This document shows positions 24,439-35,902 of a DNA stretch of 64,000 nt, one piece after another; position 1 is the first letter of the stretch, and each line of letters starts with the position of its first letter. The notes below the pieces were generated by a model that made no database searches, was not told the DNA's origin, and saw nothing but the letters and a program-made list of their open reading frames with translations. The translations under genes and the position numbers were made by a program. Source of the stretch: Octopus vulgaris (taxonomy: Eukaryota); assembly GCA_951406725.2 (NCBI GenBank), contig OX597827.1, positions 21,576,001 through 21,640,000 of the forward strand. Direction: 5' to 3'.

Positions 24439-27400
24439 GGGGAGACCGGGGCAAGTTGACACATTTACTCTAGAGAAAATGCGAAACTACTTTCGGACGA
24501 TTTAATGACCTCATAGTAGTGCTGTTAGTATAAGCTTCGCCCCTCATTTGATTTCGTCGCCGTTGTGAGAGTTTGTCTGCCACACGCGGACAACATTGGA
24601 ATTTTCCACTTGGTAAGTTATTTTCGACATTGTTCAGGAAATGTGGTCTAAAGTTCTTCCGGGGAAAAACAAAAACCGGTGGTATGCTCTTTCCAGTGGC
24701 TTTTACACAGCATGCCAATATGACCAGAGTTCCCCTCTCCGCACTCGTCATTTTCCCCACTTCCTTTGTCCCTTTTCTGGCAATAATTCTATCGGGGCAA
24801 AATTAGTTATTTTGGATATTGTTTAAGACTGCATTGTGTGTATTAAACCTTAAGGAGTTAGTAAAATATCTCTCACGACCCTATACAAATGGATTCTTGC
24901 GAAACCCTAGTGGTTTTCTCTCAGTGTTTACATTTACGAGGGGAATTGAGGTCGGGGCAAGTTGACACATATAAACAGGGGCGCATTGACACAGTGTGAC
25001 AACTTGCTCCGGCCTTTGATAAAGTTGTTGTAGGGTGCTTACATTGATTCACAGACTGTATCTGTCCCATTTTAACTAAGAGTGTTTGCTATTTGATTCA
25101 TGTCTGGTACATTGGATCAATTCATTGAGTAACTTATGTACTGCTTGCTATAGTTTTAGATCAGCTCTCTTTATCTATACCAACCTATTCTATCTTCATA
25201 GCGCTATCTACTTAGTCAACAACTTGTATACTGCCTCAGCTTTGTAACCTGTACCACTGATATATAAGCATGAAGTTATGCCATAACCAGGCATGCTTGA
25301 AACTGAAAAGTAGGTAAACACTCAGAGCTTTGTTTTGCTTTCACTGTTGGATTATGCAATGAGCTAAATTGCTTTCTCTCTCTCCTCCCCCCTCTTTCTC
25401 TTTACAGGTCTAGATCTACAATTGTCATGGTGCGACACTACAAACGCAAAAGCGAGAGGGCAACCCTTCCACAGGATGTAATCCAACAGGCTATTCAACA
25501 GGTCCGAGCTCGTATCATCTCCTTGCGAGAAGCTTCGAGGACATTTGGCATCCCTTTAAAATCTCTGTCTCGCTACTGCACCAAGGCCGATGAAGCAAAC
25601 AACAACGATCACAGTCTTAGTGGATATAAAAAGCCACGGCAAGTTCTCGCCGACGAGTTCGAGAATCAGTTAGAGGCTTATGTTTTGGCTGCCGCAGAAA
25701 TTACTATGGGCTTGCTCCAAAGGATGTGCGGAAATTGGCTTCTCAGATGGCAAAGGCAGATGGATGTAATATCCCTCCAACCTGGCATGAGACAGAAATG
25801 GCAGGTGAAGACTGGTTCTCTGGATATCTTCAACGACACAAGAATTTATGCATAAGAAGTCCACAGGCAACAAGCTTGGCACAAGCAACAAGTTTCAACA
25901 AGACAAATGTTGCTATGTTTTTCAACCAACTTGCTGAGGTGATGCTTCGGTATAAATTTGATCCATTCAATATCTACAACATGGATGAAACTGGCATAAC
26001 AACTGTGCAGCGCCCCAATAGAATTATTTCCAGAAAAGGAATAGAGCAAGTGAGAAAAATGACAAGTGCAGAGAGGGGAACTCTGGTCACATTGGCATGC
26101 TGTGTAAATGCCGCTGGAAACAGCATACCACCGTTTTTGTTTTTCCCCGGAAGAACTTTAGGCCACATTTCCTGAACAATGGACCATGAGGCAGCGATGG
26201 AGGTGCTAATCCATCTGGTTGGATGTTTGAGGAGCAGTTTGTGAAATTCCTTCAACACTTTGTGAGGAATGTGAAATGTTCAAAGCAGTCACCGTGCCTT
26301 CACTTGCTGGACAATCACGATTCCCACCTTAGTATCGAGGTGCTGACTTACGCATCAGACAATGGCATCACCATGCTTTCTTTCCCACCTCACTGCACAC
26401 ACAGGTTACAACCGTTGGACAAAGCGGTCTATGGACCACTGAAGAAGTACACAAACACTGCCATTGATGACTGGCATATCAACCATCCTGGCCAGACCAT
26501 GGCCATTTATGACATTCCGTGTATTGTCAAAACTGCATGGCCATTGACTGCAACTCCGACGAACATTCTTAGTGGCTTTTCTTCTACAGGAATATGCCCT
26601 TTTAATCGCAACATCTTCACAGACAGCGACTTTGCACCAAGCTATGTCACTGACCGACCGGATCCTGCACTTTCAGCACCTGGGCCTTCAAGCAACATAG
26701 CCGCCAGGTCTTTTCTTTCACCATTTCAAATCCGTCCACTATCCAAAGCAGGCCCTAGGAAAGAATCAACCAGAGGAAGAAAGAAACGTTGTTCTGAAAT
26801 CCTCACTGACTCGCCGGTCAAAAGAACAATCATAGAAGAAAAGACAAAAAGTAAAAGTAAAAAGGAAGACAAACATTGATAAAGAACGGGACTCAGTAAG
26901 GGTAGATCAATGAAGGGAAAAGGTCCAACTGTTAAGAAAAAAGTTCAAATTCAAGAAAGTGATACCTCTGATGAGGAAGAGTGCTATTGCTTAGTGTGCT
27001 GCGAGCCTTTTTACAACAGCAAAGGAAGGGAAGTGTGGCTTCAATGCTCTGATTGTAAAGGTTGGGCTCACGAGGCATGCACACCAGGTCTGACAATATT
27101 CACATGCCCAAATTGTGACTCTGATGATGATATGTAATGAAACCGTAATAATGTCCCTTGATCAAACCAACAAGCTTATATCGTGTGTTTCTGTTCATTA
27201 ACATGTATGTTCCAAGAAAATGCATTCATGTGTCAACATACCCCATTATATGTGTCAACTTGCCCCGGTACCGGGGCAAGTTGACACATTTAAGTGGTCT
27301 TAGAAAATGCATAAAATATAAATCCAGACAATAAGCAGATGAGATCTCTAGCTTCGTAAGTCTTCTGCTGTGGTTGATTTATGCGTGTAATACAAGATGC

Positions 27401-27474
27401 AGTAGAATACATTAAATAGTATTGCTCTGTCAGTGATAATGTAAAAAATGTAGTCAACCAACCCCGGTCTCCCC
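24439..27474 (+). mobile_element. pogo-superfamily (Tc1/mariner/pogo) DNA transposon nested in Gypsy pol
   Basis: TIRs ggggagaccgggg..gttgac / gtcaac..ccccggtctcccc. TA duplicated at 24437-24438 and 27475-27476. Removing the element rejoins Gypsy NIRYIK-/-IDNSAADA. Subterminal cggggcaagttgacacat repeats at about 24447, 24953 and 27250-27290. Confidence 0.93.
25427..27137 (+). pseudogene. pogo-type transposase (HTH-psq/CENP-B HTH + DDE_1, DD35D) with C-terminal PHD finger; several frameshifts
   Basis: MVRHYKRK N-terminus; catalytic residues NMDETG / LLDNHDSH-x-LQPLD with 35-aa spacing; CLVC...WLQCSDCKGWAHEAC...FTCPNC gives C4HC3. Upstream acceptor tttacAG at 25407. Confidence 0.9.
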
Positions 27475-30400
27475 TACTTTTGATGTAACGGATATTCACA
27501 GTGAACTGCGGAATAAAATTAATTTTAGATTAGTTTTAGATTGCAGTGCGAATTTTAATCGAACGGTCGCCCTTCTAACAAATGCTGAAAATGTTTCACT
27601 AACAAATAAGCTACCAAAGGTTTTTTTTTTTTACTAGAAGTGCGTATCTCGTTTCTGCCGGTTTCAGGCGCTTGGAGAACAAAAACGAAAGGGGTTACCA
27701 GGCATTGAGAACAAATTGTTGCAAAACTGCCGGTAAGTCTATCTGAAGCATCAGCTATTAAAGCTAACGGTGCTTCTGGAACTGGACGTATCAACAGAGT
27801 AACTCTCGGTAATTTCTCCTTAATATCATGGAAAAACTGTCAGAGCAGCTAAATTTATTGATACAGTTTTGTTCTTTTGGGGTTTTATTTTTTCGAGTAC
27901 TTAGCAATTAGGTGAGAGGAAAAATTGTTGCTGTATAGTGTGGAATAAATCTTCTATAGAAATGAATAAATCCGAGAAATTCTCGTAACCTCCTTGGCGA
28001 CGTAGGAACTGGAAAATCTCGAATAGCATCAACTTTTTCCTTCACAGGACAAATTCTAACTTTATCGATGACTTGTTCAAAAAATTGGCATTGATTATTA
28101 CACCATGCCGTGATAATCTAATAAAAATATGTTCCAAATGAAGAAAATGTTAATAAGTCTTAAGTGCAGGCAAAACCAAAATTTAGACCACGAATGACCT
28201 CATCGATAAATCTTTGAAAGGTATTAACAGCATTACGAAAATCAAAAGGCGTTCTAATAAACTCGATTAGTCCAAAAGGAGTGGTTGTCGCCGTCTTAGG
28301 AACGTCGGCTGGTTCAATATGGATTTGATTGTAAGCGCGTATTATTAGATCGATCTTCGAGAAAGACACTACAACCGTGTAATGATGCTGAAAAATCATG
28401 AATACGCACGATAGGATATCTGTCTGGCACTGTTAAAGCATTTAAATGTATGTAATCACCACAAGGGTACCAATCTCCCTCAGACTTTTTCAAGACAAAA
28501 CGAAGCGGAAGAGGCCAATTACTGTTAGAAGGTCGAATTATACCAAAGTTCAACATATGACCGAATTCTTCCTTAGAAATTTTAAGCTTGTCCATGATAA
28601 GATGTCTGGGACGAGATGAAAGAGGAGAACCTTTTGTAACGATATAATGAATAACCGACTGCACATGACTCTTGTTACGGAATACAGTACGAGTAAATCT
28701 CGGAAACCGGTGAAGAATCTCGTGGAAACGATTGGATACAGATGGGACAAAAAAAAAAAGACGGTAAAAGGCCTTGAAGACATAACTTGTGTTGATAACT
28801 CATTTCTGGTATCAATTAACCGCTTATGCCTTAAGTCAAGGAGAAGACCAAAATGGTGAAAGAAGTCAGCTCCGAGGATAGAATACGGTAAGTCTGCAGT
28901 GATGAATATCCATTTAAACAGTCGCCTTAGGTTTCTGTCCAAAGTAAAAGACTTTCTTCTGTATGTCGGAATAGGCGAATGGTGCACTGCTTGCTGGGTG
29001 ATAGAAATCGGTTTACGTGAATCAGAAAGTAGGTTGACAGATGCTACACGCTGCTCCAGGGTCAACTAATAATCGTTGCTTGGAGATGGTGTCGAAGGTG
29101 AAAAGAACGCTACAAACTGATGATTCACTCAGAGATTTAGTCGCATTCAATCTCTGGTTATTTGGCTTTCCTGACACTGCACAGATGTATTAAAAGAGCT
29201 GTAGAAATATATTTGCATGCATTTATACCGAAACGACCTGATACTAGCAGAAAGAAAATGGTCTCTCGGAGGACTGGAAGATCACCTTCTCGTATTTTTA
29301 CGGTTTCCGGACTTCGCACGCGAACGATTTCTTGGAAACTCCAAACATCGGAATTTATCTGTAAAAGCCTATATCCTCTCATCGGTCGATTTACGAAACA
29401 TTGCTGTCTCGGAAGATATCGATGAACTAAGAGGATAAGTTACAGGATTGTTGGTACTAGGAGAAGAAATATCCACGATACCATCAGCTAATTCGGCAAG
29501 CTGCTGGATGGAACTTTGTTTCCGTTTGGTTGTTAAAATAGCTTGCACATTAGGTGGAAGGCGAGAAAAGAATTTAACAGCTATTTCAGGCAAACTAGAA
29601 ATTCGGCGCGTAAATGAAGTGGTGGTGTTGGGTCGGTGATAAATGAAAGTAAAAATCTTCTCACAAGCTATTCCACTAAAGACGATATTCTGCCAAAATA
29701 TTATCTCTATGAAGATTTTCTGAACTGAAGACTTTTGAACTGAAGAAAAGAAGTTTTAAGAATACTGGAAGAGGATGACGAAGAATACATTCAGTGGAAA
29801 CAAATTGTAGGGAATTTATGTTGACTTGTAAACACGATTCGTCGGTGGTCACCACTTGTAACTGCAAGAGAAAGATGTGGAGTAAACTCTGTGATAAAGA
29901 AATGATTTACCACTTATCGTATGCGAGTAGCAAGTTCCATGTTAGACGTTAGGTGTCATAAAACATTGCATGTGGCTGTAAGAAAACTCCGTTGGGCGTA
30001 ACGAGATTTGTGGATTTGTTTCGCCCTTCAACGTTTGGGGTCACCGATTGTAAGAAGGGAAGGCTCCCTTATGAATTGGAAAATAATTTATTGTTAATGG
30101 AAACATTCAGATGAAATAGCGTAATATGACACGTGCAGAAAGTCTGTGTTTGAAAATCAATATATGAGCTAATTTTAACATATCGAATGCATATTCAGGC
30201 GATGAGACCATTCCAGGTTGAATAAGCAGCTATGAAAACAGCTAACTCGTCTAGAGGCACTCTGAATTTTGGCACTCAATTTAGCCATATTTGTAGAGCT
30301 CGCTTTCGGAAAGTTTTAGTTAGACCACCGAACTATCACGTGAACAACGGCCGTGGATTGAGTAAAATCTCGGTTGTGCGTTTAATTAAATTTTGATTCC

Positions 30401-31371
30401 TATGTAGCAAAACGCGTGATCTAATATAATACTATTGCATAAAGTAGTAAAGAAAGTACAACTACTTCACGTCTCAGTGCACCACCTATTGTATGCTGAA
30501 ACTAAAGGAGTGGTGGCATTTCATTGGCATTAATGTATGTGACGTTGTAAATTGTTCCAAAAGCTCTGAGTTGTGGCTTGCACTTAAAGCACGTAGGCAG
30601 CACCAACTCAGAATGTTATACTTACAAATATACCACCTACAGGTGAAATGTAATAATTAGAAATGTTAACGTGACATGGGTGCCTCTCTCTGCGTGTATG
30701 AAGTGATTTAACTAGCAAAACATGTGCTGCGTGGTAAGAAGCTTGCTTCCCAACCACATGATTCCGAGTTCAGTCCCACTTCATGGCGCCTTGGACAAGT
30801 GTCTTCTTCTTTACCCTCGGGCTGACCAAAGCCTTCTGAGTGGATTTGGTACACAGAAACTGAATGAAGCCCCCGTCGCGCGCGCGTGTACATACATACA
30901 TACATACATACATACATACATACATACATACATACATACATACATACATACATACATACATACATACATACATACATACATACATACATACATACATACA
31001 TACATACATACATACATACAGACTAGGAATCTGTCATTTATGACTACGTGTGTTCCAGTTGATCCAATCAAGAGAACAACCCGCTCGTGAAATAAGCATG
31101 CAAGTGGCTGAGCACTCCACAGACACGCGTACCCTTCATGCAGTTCTCAGGGAGATTCAGCGTGACGCAGAATGTGACAACGCTGGCACTTTTAAACACA
31201 TGTCCACATTTTTACCAGCAGAGAGAACCGAAGCAACATGAAATAAAGTGTCTTGCTGAAGGACACAACTCGCTGCCTGGTATCGAACTTACGACCTTAT
31301 GATCGTGAGCTGAATTGTCCAAACCACTAAGCCACGCGCCTTCGCCTCCCCCCACCCACACACACGTACGT

Positions 31372-32250
31372 ACACATGTGGTCTGATCAATAAGTATCCG
31401 GACTGCTGCCACAGTAACGAAGCTAAAGCAGGCAGAGTGAAACCGCTTGACAAAGATTGACATTGAATTCTGCTGTGCATGCGCACTAAGTTTTAACGTT
31501 TTAGCTCACTCATGCTGATTACAGCAGTGCTGGGAAGGAAGGTGTGTAACGTGTGATCATCGCGTTGACCATGACAGAGAAGGTCGTCACGGCGATTCCT
31601 GATCAGAGGCCTACGCAAAGTTACAGAAAGTGTAAGGAGAAGAGTGTATGGGCCGCACACAAGTGTATGAGTGGTTCAGACGTTTCCAAGATGACCGAAA
31701 AAATGTCGATATTGACGAACGTTCTGGGAGTCCCTCAACCAGTAGATTTGAGAAGAACATTGCAAATGTGTGTGCAGCTGTGAGAGGGAAATCGTCGAAT
31801 CACCATCCGTGAGTTAGCAGTGGATGTGCAGATTAGTTACATTTCAGTTGAATCCATTGTCAGAAGATTTGGATATGAGACGCGTGTCTGCCAAAACTAC
31901 TTTCAGCTGACCAAAAAGACACTCGGGTTACAGTTGCACAAGATCTCCTTGATTGTGTTGAGAACGATGAAAACTTTACAAAGGCCTTTGAGCAGGTATC
32001 ACCAAACTTTTGGCAAAATTTAATGCAGATTCTCTGCTCAACTTCCTCTGTCATGATCAATGCGACGATCACACGCTACAGACCTTCCTTCCAAGCATTG
32101 CTGTAAACAGCGGGAGTGAGCTAGAACGTTAAAACGTAGTGCGCATGACCAGCAGAGTTCAAGATCAATCTGTGCCAAGCGGCTTCACTCTGCGTTCTTT
32201 AGTCTCGTTACTATAGCAACAGTCCGGATACTTACTGATCAGACAAAGTA
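31372..32250. mobile_element. Non-autonomous mariner derivative made of two inverted left ends
   Basis: gtctgatcaataagtatccggactg at about 31381 mirrors cagtccggatacttactgatcagac at about 32220-32244. Both arms contain the transposase start (MTE[K/E]V; EQRICIKFCQK on the minus arm). Internal HTH remnant (RGNRRITIREL). Confidence 0.85.
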
Positions 32251-35200
32251 TGTATATAATCAGATGTCGAAATTGTAACGATATTTGGCCACTAAATGAT
32301 GAGGCAGTGAGCGTGTCCGCGTCCATTGTGTGTGTTTTCTCCTGCTTTTTCTTCTTTTTTTTTGTCATCTGTTCCTTTGTAGTCCTCCCGTGACATATTT
32401 TTATTTTCATTCATAACTATTACACGACACAGCTTTCCCCCCAGGCAACCGATTCTTTCTATTTCGTGCGACTTCTCCCTCTTTTTATTTCTGTGTCTGT
32501 CTTTTCTTCTTTACATTTATCTTTCTATTGGTTTTTTTTTTCTGCTTACCATTCCCCACTCACTATCATTTTTTTTCTCTATTTGCGTATTCTTCCTTCT
32601 CTTTCGCATCTTTCTCCCTATGAATCATTCTATTTCTACGGCTGTATCTACCTTTCTGTTCTTTCTTATTTCTTTTTGCTTTCTCTGTCTATCGTTTTCA
32701 CTTAATAAGTATCTTTTTCCTTTTTCCTTCTCACGTAGTTTTCTTTCAATGTTTGGTTCCTTTTTTCTTTCTATCGTTGTTTCTTTCTACACTCCCCGTT
32801 TCTTCATTTTTCTTTATCTCTTTCTCTGTTGTCTCTGTATGGCCCTTCCTATCTTTCCCTTTGTCTTTTTCTCAACCCATTCATATATTCTTTCCGTATC
32901 CCCCCCCCAAAAAAAAGGCACCGCATGGCCAGCCTTTCTGCATTGACCGTTCTCACGGTCAGTTGCAATTTTTCCAGCTGTTGATTTGTCTAAGACTTTA
33001 AATTTAGTTTCAATTCTAAGTTTATCGAACTTATATTAAAAAAAAAATTATACACATATTTTTCTGAGCCCGAAAAGACCACCATCTATCCTCTTTGCGT
33101 TTCTTCGAACAACACGTCTTATTGCTGTCACGCATGAGTGTGTGTGTGTGTGTGGGTGTTACGATAAAGACCACAGAATTCTGTTCGAGATTTTTGATAA
33201 TGAAATATTTTTTTATCGTAAACAAAAAAAAAAAAATGTTGTCACTACGAACAACAGACACCAAAATAGTTCGAAGGTTATTGTTCTTGAACTCGGTATC
33301 ACAGCAGTTGCTATCATGAGTTTCTTGATGTTAGCTGGTCAGTGTGTTGCCGTTGCCGCCTGTCCATTTTTTCTGTGTTGTGACAGCGCTCTGGCCAGGT
33401 ACTGGTTGTGCCACTGTCAGCTGACCGCCATCTTCTGTGTCCAGTCTTATGTCCACCGTCTGTCAGTAGTGGTTAAAATGCGCTGAATACATAGTCGTGC
33501 TCTTGCTCAGAAAAAAGCGCACCAAAGATGAAATGATTGTCAGATCCGGTTCCCAACGAAGTCTCGAATGGGCATATTTTTTGATGACGACGGTTGTATT
33601 GTAGCGAATTGCAATCGCGTTCTTGGGTTGTTTACTAGTTTTACATTCGACTGCTAAATATTCCTGCTACATATGTGTATGTATGTATGTATGTATGTAT
33701 GTATGTATGTATGTATGTACGTACGTACGTACACACACACTTGGCCAACCTTAATTGAAAATAGCCACACACCCACTTCTCTTTTCCGCCACACTGTTGA
33801 CTCAGATCTTACGACTGATAGCTTTTTTCCTTTGAAACTTCTTCTCACAAAACTCTGTGTTCAGTTAGAATCATCTTCTTCCACCTCATCAGATAATACG
33901 ACTGTCACGACACGACTAAGAGATGTTTAAACGTATTGGGTCAAGTGAAGTTTCCTCCCCCAGATTCCCCATCGTTTCTCTGTAACCGTGCCGTTTGCAT
34001 GAGGTTCTTCTTAGTCTTTTTGGATGAGGTCAACTTTCTCTCTTCCCTCATGAAGTAAACGGCTGGAGTTGGTCTTATGGAGATCCAATATTTTTTCTGT
34101 CTTTCATACAACAAGACGTCAGCCATGCTTTGAGGATCTTGCTATAGCATCGTTCATATCTCTCCATGTTAAGTGCAGTCTAGAATCTTGCAAATATGCC
34201 TTCCTACGTGCTTATCTCTCCGTATAATCTGCACCATGACGTCTTCCCTTTTCCCCTATCTGTGTAAGTTAGTGTTGGGAGATGGTCCCGCAAGGATTGG
34301 AGTAGAAAAAGAAGCAAAAGAGCTCCAATCACCAAAGATCACATCATGTAATCTTCCGTTTTGGCAGATCACATTTTGTCCAGACTCCTTGGGATCTAAA
34401 ATCTTCGGCCCTGGACCATTGCTCTTCATCCTCAGCTTTGATCACATGTATTTATGTATGGATCTTTTGATCTTGTTTCAGTGATTGGACTGCAGCCATG
34501 TTGGGCACTGCCTTTAAGAATTTTAGTTGAACAAATCAACCCCAGTACTTTTTTTTTCATGGAGTTAAACAACTTGAAAATTGTTTAACCCATCTTAATT
34601 CTATGAAACAAATCAATTTGTCTCTGCCATAAGCCTATCTTTCAGTTCTGACAATCCCTGTCCAAGACAATCCAACAGGCTGACAAGCAATGCCATCAGC
34701 AACTTTAACCATTTCCTCGCACTTTCTTCTCTCCATTATTGTGGAGGTCCTCGATCCTTTGCATTCCCTCAGCTGCCAAGGCCGAAATTAGGGCAGAAAC
34801 TAAATCAACTTAAGTTTGAGGCTTTGCAATCTACAAGGGCCCTCAAAAGAATCAATTGTTCGGATTATCACTGGTTTTATTCTTGCGCTTCCTGTTTTCA
34901 ATTTTTGTGGAGCCAGGTGTAATCTTTCGACAAGGGGCTTCCAAGATATTTTATAATTTTCGGGCCACACCAACATTAAATTCGTCCTTGGGCTCCTCAA
35001 CACTCATCACTCCATACTCACTTTTCATCACCATTCTTTACTTCATCCACCACGACGTCATTTAATCCTTATTTCCTGGATGTTTCTCTCTGGGAAATCT
35101 CTTCCATCCCATGATCTTTTCTCCTACAAAGGTTCAAAACGCTGTCACCTCCTTTGATTGATTTATAAGAATTAACACTCTTTAATATACACGCGTGTGT

Positions 35201-35832
35201 GTATGAGTGTGCAAACATAAGATTGTGTGTGTATATACGTGTGTGACAGGGTGCTTGATGATTTCTTAAGCTGTTTTATTTTTCTTGTTGTTTAGGCCTT
35301 GATTCAGTAGAGCCTATACTGAGCAAAAACGCCCCGACCACTTTCTTTTGTCTCTTTTCTTTCTTCCTGTTGGGGCGTAAGAATGAGATTTGCGCAAGAT
35401 TTGACTGCTGTTTTCAGTTATTCAAACGCCTACTTAGAGACCACTTCGTTAGCCCGTTTTTTTTTTTTTTTGTCTTTTTCGTAAGTATAATAACCGCCAA
35501 AGATAAGAACAGGCCGGTGATAAGCTATCACGGTTGTCTTATATAAGTGTTGATGCTGTTAATAGCACGTGACTCAATCCAAACAGCCTTCACATTTGAC
35601 TTTCATCTCTCTCTCTCTTTCTTGCTTTTTTTTCTCTCTTTCACTCATTCTGCCAAATAAGATCCAATTACACGCTATGTACGGAGTGTCGGTGGCATTG
35701 TTCGGATTATCACTGGTTTTATTCCTGCGCTTCTACTGGTAACTTTTAACGATTCTTTTCATATTGTTAATGCTTTCTATTCAATTTCAGGACTTTCTCA
35801 GCTTTTCGATGAGTGTATGCTTGTGTATGTGC

Positions 35833-35902
<70 letters not shown>

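Larger units (their letters stand above)
23300..29600 (-). pseudogene. Gypsy gag-pol pseudogene (frameshifts and stops, split by the pogo insertion)
   Basis: ORF fragments 29369-29593, 28550-29065, 28314-28664, 28160-28399, 27555-27794, 23937-24251 and 23694-23900 fall in gag-PR-RT-RH-IN order. Confidence 0.9.
22382..30440 (-). mobile_element. Degenerate Gypsy (Ty3/Metaviridae) LTR retrotransposon
   Basis: Diverged LTRs at about 22382-22835 and 30049-30440. tRNA-Trp-like PBS at 30031-30047. Minus-strand remnants of gag (FFSRLPPNVQAIL), protease (LLVDPGA), RT (TVPDRYPI; TPFGLIEFIRTPF), RNase H (LIADASD; LVKHFQHLLEGRPF) and integrase (HNLSHPG..C..CQ; ITTDRGRQFES; TTAYH). Confidence 0.92.

Noticed and set aside
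33780-35140. Purine-rich minus-strand stretches resembling a decayed LINE or gene
   Set aside because: Multiple stops and no diagnostic motif that I can identify
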